From NCBI GenBank assembly GCA_963759495.1, contig CAVWZL010000014.1, positions 25,961 through 89,960 on the forward strand: a stretch of DNA of 64,000 bases, read 5' to 3'. Both the position numbers and the translations under genes were made by a program. Origin of the DNA: an uncultured Chloroflexia bacterium. GTDB lineage: Bacteria > Chloroflexota > Limnocylindria > Limnocylindrales > CSP1-4. How positions within the stretch are numbered: the first letter of the stretch is position 1; each line of letters starts with the position of its first letter. The notes beneath the pieces are model-generated. The model saw only the letters and a program-made list of their open reading frames with translations. It was not told the DNA's origin and searched no databases. Shown here one piece after another: positions 19,937 through 28,888 of this stretch.

Positions 19937-21400
19937 CGCCTCGGCGAGCCCGGGATCACCGCCGTCGCCGACCCAGGCGACATATCCGTCCGGCCGAACC
20001 AGCACCGCACCCGGAGCCTCGACCACGCCGAGCACAGGAAGCTCCCACGGACCGGCGTACATGGCGTCGACCGCCTGCACGCGATCTGCCCAGGGGCCGA
20101 TGTCGGGGCGATCGGCCTGGTCGAACCCGAGGAGCACCGGCCGGGCGCGATGCAACAGGGAGAACACGCGCCGCGGACCGTCGGGGGTAGCCAGGTCAAG
20201 GTCGGGCATGCGGCGCCCGAGGAGCGGGTGACCCTCGCCGAGTCCGTACCGGATATCGAGGCCGGCCATCATCGCGGAGAGTCGCCTGCGGGCGTCGTCG
20301 ACCTCGAGGAGCTCCGTGATGACCTCACCGAGGCCCTTCGTCCGTTCGTCGGGGCGGCGAAGGGCGACCAGCGCCATGGTGTTCCGCAGCACGCGAGCGC
20401 CGACCGGGTGTCGCTCGGCGTGATACGTGTCGAGGAGGCGTTCGGGGGACGTCCCGTTCACGACCTGGGCCAGCTTCCAGCCCAGGTTCATCGCATCCTG
20501 CACACCCGTGTTGAGGCCCTGGCCACCATCCGGGGCATGCACATGGGCGGCGTCGCCGGCCAGGAGGACTCGTCCCGTTCGATAGGTGGCTGCCTGTCGG
20601 GTGGTGTCGGTGAACCGGGAGATCCAGGTGGGGCTGTGGACCCCGAAGTCGGTCCCGTAGACGGCGATGAGTCGCTCGCGGAGGTCCTCGAGGGTCGGCT
20701 CGGCAGTGGCACCCACGCCATCCTCGGTCAGCATGACGCCGACGGTCCCGCCCTTCCCGTAGACCACCTTGCCGTCCTTGATCTCGTATGCCACCTTGCC
20801 GAGCGCATGCGTGCCGGATGCCGTGCGGCGCATGCCCAGCTCCGGCTCTTCGGCCATCTCGACCTGGGCGATCAGGCTGCTCGTCGTGGGATCCCAGCCC
20901 GGAAACTCGATGCCGGCGACCTTGCGGACCAGGCTCCGACCTCCGTCGCAGCCGACGAGGTAGTGCGCGCGCAGTGACTCGCCAGCCGACAGCTCGACGT
21001 CGACGCCCGTGTCGTCCTGGGTGAACCCCGCTACGTCGATGCCGTAGCGGATCGGCACGCCGAGCTCGGCCACCCAGCCGGCGAGGATGCGTTCGATGTG
21101 GTTTTGCCAGAGACCGAGCGTGTAGGGATGCCGGGTTGGAACATCGCTGATGTCCAGGCGAGCCCCGGCGAACGCCCCGACCTGCGTCATCTGTCCCTCT
21201 GCGAGGAACCGGTCCGCGATCCCGCGCTGGTCGAGAACCTCGATGGTGCGCGAGAGCAGGCCACCCGCACGCGACCCGGCAAGGTCCTGACTGGCCCGCC
21301 GCTCGACGATAGCGACGTCCACGCCCGCCAGCGCCAGCTCGCCGGCGAGCATGAGGCCTGTCGGACCGGCCCCCGCGATCATGACCCCGTGCCCCTTCAT
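19901..21400 (-). CDS. FAD-dependent aromatic-ring monooxygenase (PheA/TfdB-type, Rox-like)
   Basis: GGAGG lies 6 nt upstream of ATG 21400. Motifs VMIAGAGPTGLMLAGELALAG, CDGGRSLVR, LAGDAAHVHAPDGGQGLNTGVQDAMNLGWKLA. Confidence 0.85.
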   Translation of the reverse strand: MKGHGVMIAGAGPTGLMLAGELALAGVDVAIVERRASQDLAGSRAGGLLSRTIEVLDQRGIADRFLAEGQMTQVGAFAGARLDISDVPTRHPYTLGLWQNHIERILAGWVAELGVPIRYGIDVAGFTQDDTGVDVELSAGESLRAHYLVGCDGGRSLVRKVAGIEFPGWDPTTSSLIAQVEMAEEPELGMRRTASGTHALGKVAYEIKDGKVVYGKGGTVGVMLTEDGVGATAEPTLEDLRERLIAVYGTDFGVHSPTWISRFTDTTRQAATYRTGRVLLAGDAAHVHAPDGGQGLNTGVQDAMNLGWKLAQVVNGTSPERLLDTYHAERHPVGARVLRNTMALVALRRPDERTKGLGEVITELLEVDDARRRLSAMMAGLDIRYGLGEGHPLLGRRMPDLDLATPDGPRRVFSLLHRARPVLLGFDQADRPDIGPWADRVQAVDAMYAGPWELPVLGVVEAPGAVLVRPDGYVAWVGDGGDPGLAEALGTWFGPPSGV

Positions 21401-21535
21401 GGCATGCCTCCGTTTCGTTGCCTGCTGGCCTGGCGACATTGGACAGCATCGCGCAGGGACGGTCGGCGTCGTCGGATCCAGCGCTCGCTTGCGCCGATCG
21501 ATGAAGAACCGTAAAGACGGTCGGAGGGGTACGGC

Positions 21536-22297
21536 TTACCAGCGCTTCCGTGCCTCGATGAGGAAACGGCGCGAGTAGGCCACGAACCGACCGTCAGCTT
21601 CAATGCGATCGTGGAGGAGCAGCAGGCGGTCCCGGTACTTCTGAACGCTGAAATCCGGAACGAACCAGATGACCTTCCGCAAGAAGTACACCATCGCACC
21701 GACGTCGAAGAACTCCATTCGTAGGTCCGCTGTCCGGAGATCGACGACCTCCAGGCCCGCAGCCTCCGCCCTGGTCCTCGCCAGCTCGGGTTCGCGGCCG
21801 GTCCCACCCAGGGGCTGCGCGCCCAGAAAGAAGTCGTAGATCTCGTGCCCGCTGTCGGGTCCGACCTGCTGCGAGACGTACGTCCCACCGGGAGAGAGCA
21901 CGCGGCCGATGTCGTCCCAGTACGCCGTCACCGGATGACGGCTCGTGACGAGGTCGAAGGTGCCGTCAGCGAACGGCAACGGGGGCCTGTCCTCATCTGC
22001 GACCACGACGACGCCCTTTGCCCGCAGGTTGTGCTGCGCACGAGCGATGTTCGGCGGCCAGGACTCGGTCGCCACCATCGCCTTCGCGGCGCGCTGCTCG
22101 ATCCCGGCAAGAACCTCGCCACCGCCGGTCTGAATGTCGAGGCTGATTTCGGCCCGGCCAACGCGCTCGCCCATCAGCCGCTGGTAGGCCCACGGCGGCC
22201 TCTCCTCGGCGGCGCGGCCGTCCAGCCAGGAGAAGTCCCAGCCGGTGACATCGGCGCTCTCCGCTTCTGCCACCAGGTCCTCGAAGCTCCGGTTCAT
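21536..22297 (-). CDS. Class I SAM-dependent methyltransferase
   Basis: ATG 22297 (MNRSFEDLV). Motif I-like LDIQTGGGEVL, and LSPGGTYV. The upstream part of ORF 21536..22606 is a shadow extension. Confidence 0.7.
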   Translation of the reverse strand: MNRSFEDLVAEAESADVTGWDFSWLDGRAAEERPPWAYQRLMGERVGRAEISLDIQTGGGEVLAGIEQRAAKAMVATESWPPNIARAQHNLRAKGVVVVADEDRPPLPFADGTFDLVTSRHPVTAYWDDIGRVLSPGGTYVSQQVGPDSGHEIYDFFLGAQPLGGTGREPELARTRAEAAGLEVVDLRTADLRMEFFDVGAMVYFLRKVIWFVPDFSVQKYRDRLLLLHDRIEADGRFVAYSRRFLIEARKRW

Positions 22298-22331
22298 CGG
22301 GAAATCGTCACATGGGTGCGTGCGTGCGGCG

Positions 22332-22961
22332 CTATGCGCGACCGGCGGCCGTCTCATCCTCGCGGGTTCGGCCGGCCAGCTGGATGAGGTCCTCGTGAAG
22401 CTCGAACCAGATGCCGTGGTAGCTGTCCACCCGCGGTGACGCGACGTATTTGCCATCCCCAGCCTGCGCGCGTTCGAGCGCCCGGGTGAGCCGGGGTCGG
22501 TAGCCGCGAAGGCGTGGGCTCGCCGGCTCGAGCTCGGACAGCCACGCGGAGGCGTCCTCGTGGAGTGCCGCCAGGTCGGCGAGCACGCGCTGGTCGTACT
22601 CGGCATCGCTGTGGTCGTTGATGGCGGGCTCGCCCTCCCCCGGCTTGAGCTGCCACGCCGTCACGGTCTCCTTCATGCGGTGGTCGAGCGGCAGGAAGCC
22701 GTCGAGCGCCAGGTTTGCCGCATCGAGCCCCCACGCGTCGCGGTCTGCGGCCAGGAGCTCCGTGGCTCGCGTCTTGCCCGCGTCGCTGAGCCGGTACGCC
22801 CCGGCCACCGTCCCAGCCACACCATCGACCACGAGCTGATCGAGCAGACGCTGGACGACATCGGGCGTCGAGCCGACCGCATCTGCAACGTTCGCGGTGG
22901 TCGCAAAGCCCTTCGTCGCCACGATTCGAATGCACTCATCGAGCGTCGCGACCCGGGCCAA
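22332..22961 (-). CDS. Hypothetical protein with winged-helix-like N-terminus, coupled to the short PPDK-like gene
   Basis: Contains IVATKGFATTANVADAVGSTPDVVQRLLDQLVVDGV. Start uncertain: TTG 22961, or an ATGA-overlap start at ~22994 that is in another frame. Confidence 0.5.
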   Translation of the reverse strand: MARVATLDECIRIVATKGFATTANVADAVGSTPDVVQRLLDQLVVDGVAGTVAGAYRLSDAGKTRATELLAADRDAWGLDAANLALDGFLPLDHRMKETVTAWQLKPGEGEPAINDHSDAEYDQRVLADLAALHEDASAWLSELEPASPRLRGYRPRLTRALERAQAGDGKYVASPRVDSYHGIWFELHEDLIQLAGRTREDETAAGRA

Positions 22962-22992
22962 GGCGGGTTCCGCCGGTGCGGCCGCCTCAGCG

Positions 22993-24468
22993 TCATCGGC
23001 GCTGTCCGATCTCGATCCCCGCGTCGGCGGCCCACTCGAGCAGGGTCCGTGCCTCGGGCACGACCTCGCTGCCGCCGGGAATCGCACCGTCGAAGACCTC
23101 GCCCGAGGAGCCGTCGATCGAGATGACGGCTCCCTCGAGGAGGGTCCGATCCCCGATCAGGACGGATCCGTCACGCACCGCCAGCCGGGCAGCGCCGACG
23201 ACCGCGGGAATGCCCCAGCCGCGCGCCACGACAGCCGCATGGCTTGCCAACCCGCCGCGAGCGGTCAGGATCCCGGCCGCCCTGGCCATCCCGTGCACGT
23301 CGTCCGGGGAGGTCTCCGACCGCACCAGGATCACCGTCCGACCTGCCTCCGCTGCCCGAACGGCGGCGTCCGGGGTCGTCACGATCTCGCCGGTTGCCAC
23401 ACCCGGAGAGGCGGCGAGCCCGCTCACGAGCGGCAGCAGGTAGCTGCTTCGGCCGGTCGTCTTCCGGGGCGGATCGACGAGCAGGTGCGCAACGCGTTCG
23501 ACCGCCTGCGCGCGCGTCAGGGGAAACTCCGGGTCCTCAGCCATGTCCCGCGCGATCCGGAGCGCGGCCTGCGGACTCCGCTTCCCGACGCGGACCTGCA
23601 GCATCCAGAGCCGTCCGCGTTCGATCGTGAACTCGATATCGCACAGGTCGGCGTAGTGGCGTTCGAGCCGCGTGGCAGCGTCCTCCAGCTGCGCGGCCAC
23701 GTCCGGCAGGCGCTCGGCGAGCGTATTGATGGGCTGCGTCTGGTGCGTGCCCGCGACCACGTCTTCGCCCTGCGCATCGAACAGGACGTCCCCATAGAGG
23801 CTGGCCTCGCCCGTCGCCGGGTTCCGCGTGAAGACGACGCCGGTGCCGGAGTCCTCGCCGAGATTGCCGAACACCATCGCCTGGACGGTGACCGCTGTCC
23901 CGATGTCGTCCTGGATGCCCTCGCGCTGCCGGTACGCGATGGCGCGGTCGCTGTTCCAGGAGCGGAACACCGCCTCGATCGCGAGCCGGAGCTGCTGCCA
24001 TGGATCCTCGGGCACCTCGCCCACGCCGACGATCGCCTGGAACGACGTCCGGAAGCGGTCGTGGCAGTCCCGAGCGAACGCCTCGTTCCCCGACGCGGCG
24101 GCAAGGCCGACGGTCGTCGCCTCGTTGAGACCGAGGTTGAGGATCGTGTCCATCATCCCGGGCATCGACACAGGCGCCCCGGACCGGACACTGACGAGGA
24201 GCGGATCGGCGGGATCGCCAAACCGGCGGCCCACGGCGGCCTCCATCTCGGCCATCCGCTCGCGCAGCTCGGCATCGAGATCGTCGGGCCAGCCGCCCGC
24301 GAGGAACGCACGGCACACCTGGGTCGTGACCGCAAATCCGGGCGGGACCGGCAGACGCAGATCCGGGCCGAGCATCACGCCGAGGTTCGCCGCCTTGCCG
24401 CCGACGAGCGCCTTGACCTCGTCGAGCGGCATGTCGTGGGGGTGGTCCAGCGGATAGGTGTGGTTCAT
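22993..24468 (-). CDS. Pyruvate phosphate dikinase-like protein: ATP-grasp plus phosphohistidine swivel domain only, no PEP/pyruvate TIM-barrel domain
   Basis: Intact 491 aa. Motifs VGGKAANLGVM, LLVSVRSGAPVSMPGMMDTILNLG, TGVVFTRNPATGE, DIEFTIERGRLWMLQVR, GGLASHAAVVARGWGIPAVVG. Stops about 60 aa after the catalytic His motif. Confidence 0.8.
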   Translation of the reverse strand: MNHTYPLDHPHDMPLDEVKALVGGKAANLGVMLGPDLRLPVPPGFAVTTQVCRAFLAGGWPDDLDAELRERMAEMEAAVGRRFGDPADPLLVSVRSGAPVSMPGMMDTILNLGLNEATTVGLAAASGNEAFARDCHDRFRTSFQAIVGVGEVPEDPWQQLRLAIEAVFRSWNSDRAIAYRQREGIQDDIGTAVTVQAMVFGNLGEDSGTGVVFTRNPATGEASLYGDVLFDAQGEDVVAGTHQTQPINTLAERLPDVAAQLEDAATRLERHYADLCDIEFTIERGRLWMLQVRVGKRSPQAALRIARDMAEDPEFPLTRAQAVERVAHLLVDPPRKTTGRSSYLLPLVSGLAASPGVATGEIVTTPDAAVRAAEAGRTVILVRSETSPDDVHGMARAAGILTARGGLASHAAVVARGWGIPAVVGAARLAVRDGSVLIGDRTLLEGAVISIDGSSGEVFDGAIPGGSEVVPEARTLLEWAADAGIEIGQRR

Positions 24469-26784
24469 CGCGGGGTCACCTCGAGGAGCGCCGCTGCTGG
24501 GTCGCGGGCGGGATCGTTGAGCGCGCGCCAGACGCGCTCAGGGGTCAGGGGCAGCTCGCGGATCACGACGCCGGTCGCATCGCGAACGGCGGCCGCGACG
24601 GCCGGAGCGACGCACAGCAGGGCCCCCTCGCTCATCCCCTTCGAGCCATACGGGCCCGGCCCGTCGCCGTTCTCGACGATCTCGCTCTCCATCGAGCGCG
24701 GCAGGTCCATGCTCGTCGGGATTCGATAGTCGATCGCGCCGAGGTTCCGGATGCGGCCGGCGTCGTCGAAGATGTAGTGCTCCATGAGGGTGTGGCCGAG
24801 CCCCATGACGGCCGCGCCCTCGTCCTGGCCGCGGACCTGGGTGGGATTGAGCGCGCGGCCCACGTCCGACACCGTGACGTGTCGCTCGACCGTGACGTCG
24901 CCCGTGTCGCGTGTCGACCGAGACCTCGACGGCCGTGCAGTTGAACTCGTAGAAGGCCGTCGTGCCACCGAGCGGGTGCTCCGGCATGGCCTCCTTGCGC
25001 ATCTCGCCGACACCGATGACCTCGCCGCCGAGCCGCCCGAGACCCCGAGTCAGCACATCGAGGATGGGGAGCGTCCGGTCACGGATCCGCACCTCGCCGG
25101 CGTCGACAATGACCTCCGACTCGTCCACGTCCTCGAGCCGGGCGGCCATCGTCCGCAGCTTGTCCTGCACCGCGCGGCAGCCGAGGAGGACCGCATTGCC
25201 CATCAACACCGACGAGCGACTCGCGGACGTCTGCTGGTCATATGGGACGACCGCCGTGTCGCCCATGACGACCGTGACCCACTCGACCGGTGCGCCGAGC
25301 TCGCGGGCCGCGATCTGGGCAAAGATCGTCCGGGCCCCCTGGCCCATGTCGGACGTGCCCGCGTAGATCACGACGCTCCCGTCGGCGAGGAGCCGCACGG
25401 TCGAATACGAGAGTCCGGTCGTTGGGCCCGCCTTCAGACCGACCGCCAGACCGCGGCCGCGACCCGGGGGCAGCGGCGTTCCCCAGCCGATGCGCGCCGC
25501 GGCTCGCTCGACCGTCTGATGCCACGCGCCGTCGGCCGGGATGTCCCCGGGGAGGAAGTCGTCGCCGTGCCGGGCCAGGTTGCGCAGCCGCAGCTCGACC
25601 GGGTCGATCCCGAGCCGCCGGGCCGCCTCGTCCATGTTCGATTCGACCGCCCAGATCTGCTGGGGATTGCCGAAGCCACGGAACGCGGTGGACGGGACGG
25701 TGTGGGACAGCACGCTGCGCGCCACGATCCGGACCGCCGGCACGTTGTACGGCCCGGCTGAGGTGTAGCTGCCCTTCGCCACGGTCCGGTCGGCGATGTC
25801 GGCGTAGGCACCGATCAGGTAGCTCGCGTCGACGTCGCGAAACACGAGCGTGCCGTCATGCCGGAACCCGGACCGGACGCGGACCTGGGCCGCGCCCCGA
25901 CGAACGGCCTGGAACGTCTCCTCGAGCGTGAGCACGAGCCGAACCGGCCGCCCCAGACGCAGGGCCATGAACGCCAGCAGTGGCTCGTACTTCGCGTGCT
26001 GCTTGCCACCGAAGCCGCCACCCGGGTCGGGCGCGAAGACGCGGACCTTCGACAGCGGCAGCGAGAGCAGCGACGCAATGACGCGCTGGAGCCAGTTCGG
26101 GTGCTGGATCGTGCTCCAGATCGCGATCCCGTCGGCGTCGGGGGCGGCCATGAACGCATGGGGTTCGATCGCGAACTGGGTCACCATCGGGAACACGTGC
26201 GTGTTCTCGACGACGACCTCCGCCCGGGCTTCGGCGGCCTCGATATCGCCCCAGCCGTACCGGTGCTCCCTGAGGATGTTGCGATCGGCGAATGAGTCGC
26301 CCTCGCGCCCCGCGGGATCCTGCACGAGCGGCGCCGCGGGATCCAGGGAGGCTGCGAGGGTCGTCACGGCCGGCAGCTCCTCGTACTCGACACGCACGAG
26401 CCCGGCCGCCTCCTCGGCGAGATCGCGCGTCTCGGCCGCGACCGCGGCGACGGGATCACCGTGGTACTTCGTCTCGCCCACAGCGAGCACGGGGCGGTCG
26501 CGGAGCTGCGGGCCGAACCGTGGCATCGGCGAAGGGAGCTCGTCGGGCGTCATGACGAGTCGAACGCCGGGAAGCGCGAGCGCAGGGGACGCATCGATTG
26601 CGATGATCCGGGCCCGCGCGACCGGCACGGTCACGAGCTTGACCTGGAGCACGTCCTCGAGGCGGAGGTCCGCCACGTAGGCCTGCCGGCCCGTGACCCG
26701 GTCGCGACCGCCGACGCGGGCCGGGTCGCCGATGAGTCCCTGCCCGTGGCCATTGCCGTGGCCGTTGCGTTCGTCGCCCGTCAC
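24465..26784 (-). pseudogene. Xanthine dehydrogenase-family molybdopterin-binding large subunit, one frame change
   Basis: Motifs DPGGGFGGKQ, TAFRGFGNPQQIWAVESNMD, SDMGQGARTIFAQIAA. One base is missing near ~24910. The C-terminus (TGDVTVERHVTVSDVGRALNP..) lies in ORF 24465..25013. The stop overlaps the next start. Confidence 0.85.
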
Positions 26785-27344
26785 TGGGGCGCCTCGCGGG
26801 CGTCGGGTCGGGAAGCCATGTCGACGGCGACGGGCTCTCGGGCTGGGCGATCAGCCGGCTCCGGGTGGCCGTCGCGTCCACCCTCTGCCGCGAGCAGCAC
26901 GGCCTCGATGATCTGCTCGTACCCGGCACAGCGGCACAGGTTCCCCGCGAGCCCCTCCTCGACCTCTTCCCGGGAGGGCCGGGGCTTCAGCGAGAGAAGC
27001 GCGTGCGCCGAGACGACCTGGCCCGGGATGCAGAACCCGCACTGGGCGGCGCCGGTATCGAGGAACGCCTGCTGGACCCGGCTCAACTGGCCGTCCCCCG
27101 CAAGCCCCTCCACGGTTGTGATCGAGCGGCCGTCCATCTCGGCGGCAAGCGCGAGACAGGAGTCGACGCTCAGCCCGTCGACCAGCACGGTGCACGCGCC
27201 GCACTCCCCCACGAGGCAGCACTCCTTCGTGCCGGTCAGGCCGAGATCCTCGCGCAGGACGTCGAGCAGCGTGTGATGTGGCGCGACGGTGATCGACCGC
27301 GGGCGGCCGTTGACCGAGAGCTCGAGCGGGACGCCCGCCGTCAC
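26781..27344 (-). CDS. (2Fe-2S)-binding small subunit (CoxS/XdhC-type)
   Basis: GTG 27344 overlaps the upstream stop. Motifs GECGACTVLVDG, QCGFCIPG, NLCRCAGY. Confidence 0.85.
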   Translation of the reverse strand: MTAGVPLELSVNGRPRSITVAPHHTLLDVLREDLGLTGTKECCLVGECGACTVLVDGLSVDSCLALAAEMDGRSITTVEGLAGDGQLSRVQQAFLDTGAAQCGFCIPGQVVSAHALLSLKPRPSREEVEEGLAGNLCRCAGYEQIIEAVLLAAEGGRDGHPEPADRPAREPVAVDMASRPDAREAPQ

Positions 27345-28207
27345 GCCGCCCCCTCCGCGAGCCGCCGAACCGCCGTGTCGATCCCGCGAAGCGCGAGCAC
27401 CCGCAGCATTGCGAGACGGTATTCCGGCGTGGCACGCATCGAGGTGGGCGAAGGACGGGCCTCGTCGAGGAGCGCATCGAGCACTCCGGCACGGGCGGTA
27501 TCGGAAGCTCCGGGATCCGCCAGCACGCCACTGCGGTCCTCCCGCACCACGGGTCGCGGGCCGACGCTCCCGTAGCCAAGCCGCATGACGCCATCGGACC
27601 CCACCGCGCACGCGAGCGTGACGGAAGCCAGGTCGTGGCCGCGCCGCCGTGTCCGCCGCAGGTGCACCGAGCCCAGCGGCGGCCGGATGAGCGGCAGCTC
27701 GATCGCGGTTACGAGCTCGTCCGCGGCCATCGTCGTCACCCCGGACCGGACGAACCATTCGTCGATCGGAATGCGCCGCGTGCCGCCGGGTCCTGCCACG
27801 ACGACCTCGGCGCCATAGACGAGCAAGGCCGGCGCGGTGTCCGCTGCCGGTGACGCGTTGCAGATGTTGCCGGCGAGCGTGGCCCGGTTCCTGATCTGCA
27901 CCGACCCGACAACGGCCGCCGACTCGGCGAGCGCGGTGTACTCGCGCCGGATCAGGGGATGCGCCGCGATGTCGGTCATCGTCGTCCGTGCGCCGATCAC
28001 GAGCCGGTCGCCGACGACGAGGATGGTGTCGTCCAGCTCGTCGATCCCCTTGACATCGACGACGAGCTCGGGCCGCATCGAGCCGTCGCGCAGCCGGATG
28101 ATGAGGTCGGTGCCTCCCGCCAACAGACGGGCGCCCGTTCCATGCGCGGCGAGGATGGCATGGAGCTCCGTCAGGCTCGATGGACGCTGGTACGCGAACG
28201 GACGCAC
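27341..28207 (-). CDS. FAD-binding medium subunit of molybdopterin dehydrogenase (CoxM-type)
   Basis: GTG 28207 (VRPFAYQRPSSLTEL). Motifs LAGGTDLIIRL and IRNRATLAGNICNASPAAD. About 288 aa with no obvious extra-cluster insertion. Confidence 0.85.
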   Translation of the reverse strand: MRPFAYQRPSSLTELHAILAAHGTGARLLAGGTDLIIRLRDGSMRPELVVDVKGIDELDDTILVVGDRLVIGARTTMTDIAAHPLIRREYTALAESAAVVGSVQIRNRATLAGNICNASPAADTAPALLVYGAEVVVAGPGGTRRIPIDEWFVRSGVTTMAADELVTAIELPLIRPPLGSVHLRRTRRRGHDLASVTLACAVGSDGVMRLGYGSVGPRPVVREDRSGVLADPGASDTARAGVLDALLDEARPSPTSMRATPEYRLAMLRVLALRGIDTAVRRLAEGAA

Positions 28208-28211
28208 GCGG

Positions 28212-28880
28212 CTACCCGACGTCGCCGTCCGGGAGGCGTCGGGCGAGGTTCCCGGCGACCTCCGCGAAATGCCGTTCGAGCGCGGCGACGAGTGCGTCAG
28301 CGTCACGCTCACGGATCGCATCGAGGATCGGCATGTGCAGGTCCGCCGACCAGCGCGGGTCCGCCCCGGGGACGACCAGCGTCAGGTACGTCCGCGAGAA
28401 CGGCTCGAGCGACCTCCAGACCTTCGCGAGGGTCCCGTTGGCGGCGATCTCGATGATCCGGGCGTGAAAGCGGGCGTCAGCCTCGGCAACACGATGCGCG
28501 TTGCCGTCGTCGGCCGCGTCGTGCATCGCGTCCATGTGCCCGGTGAGCTCGTCGATGTTCGCGTCGGTCAGCCTCGGGACGGCAAGACGCGCGCCGAGCG
28601 CCTCGAGCGCGGACCGAACGGCGTATGCCTCGAGCAGCTCGTCCCGCGTCGGTCGGCGGACGCGTGCCCCGCGGAACGGCGTGATCTCGACGACCCCGAG
28701 TGCCTCGAGCCCACGGAGTGCCTCGCGGACCGGCGCCTGGCTCGTGCCCAGCTCGCGCGCGACCTGCGTTTCGACGATACGCGAGTCCGGCGCGTACCGG
28801 CCGCTGAAGATCTCCTCGAGGAGTCGCTCCTTCACCTGGTCAGCGAGGACGCTCCGGGCGAGGATCCTGACGCTTTCCAC
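28212..28880 (-). CDS. GntR family transcriptional regulator (FadR/FCD-type)
   Basis: GTG 28880. wHTH VETQVARELGTSQAPVREALRGLEALGVVE and a helical FCD-like C-terminus. Intact 222 aa. Confidence 0.85.
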   Translation of the reverse strand: MESVRILARSVLADQVKERLLEEIFSGRYAPDSRIVETQVARELGTSQAPVREALRGLEALGVVEITPFRGARVRRPTRDELLEAYAVRSALEALGARLAVPRLTDANIDELTGHMDAMHDAADDGNAHRVAEADARFHARIIEIAANGTLAKVWRSLEPFSRTYLTLVVPGADPRWSADLHMPILDAIRERDADALVAALERHFAEVAGNLARRLPDGDVG

Positions 28881-28888
28881 GGCCCGGC

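Noticed and set aside
24465-26784. Carbon monoxide dehydrogenase (CoxL)
   Set aside because: The active-site loop signatures I associate with CODH (VAYRCSFR or AYRGAGR) are not present. The sequence has generic XDH-family motifs instead.
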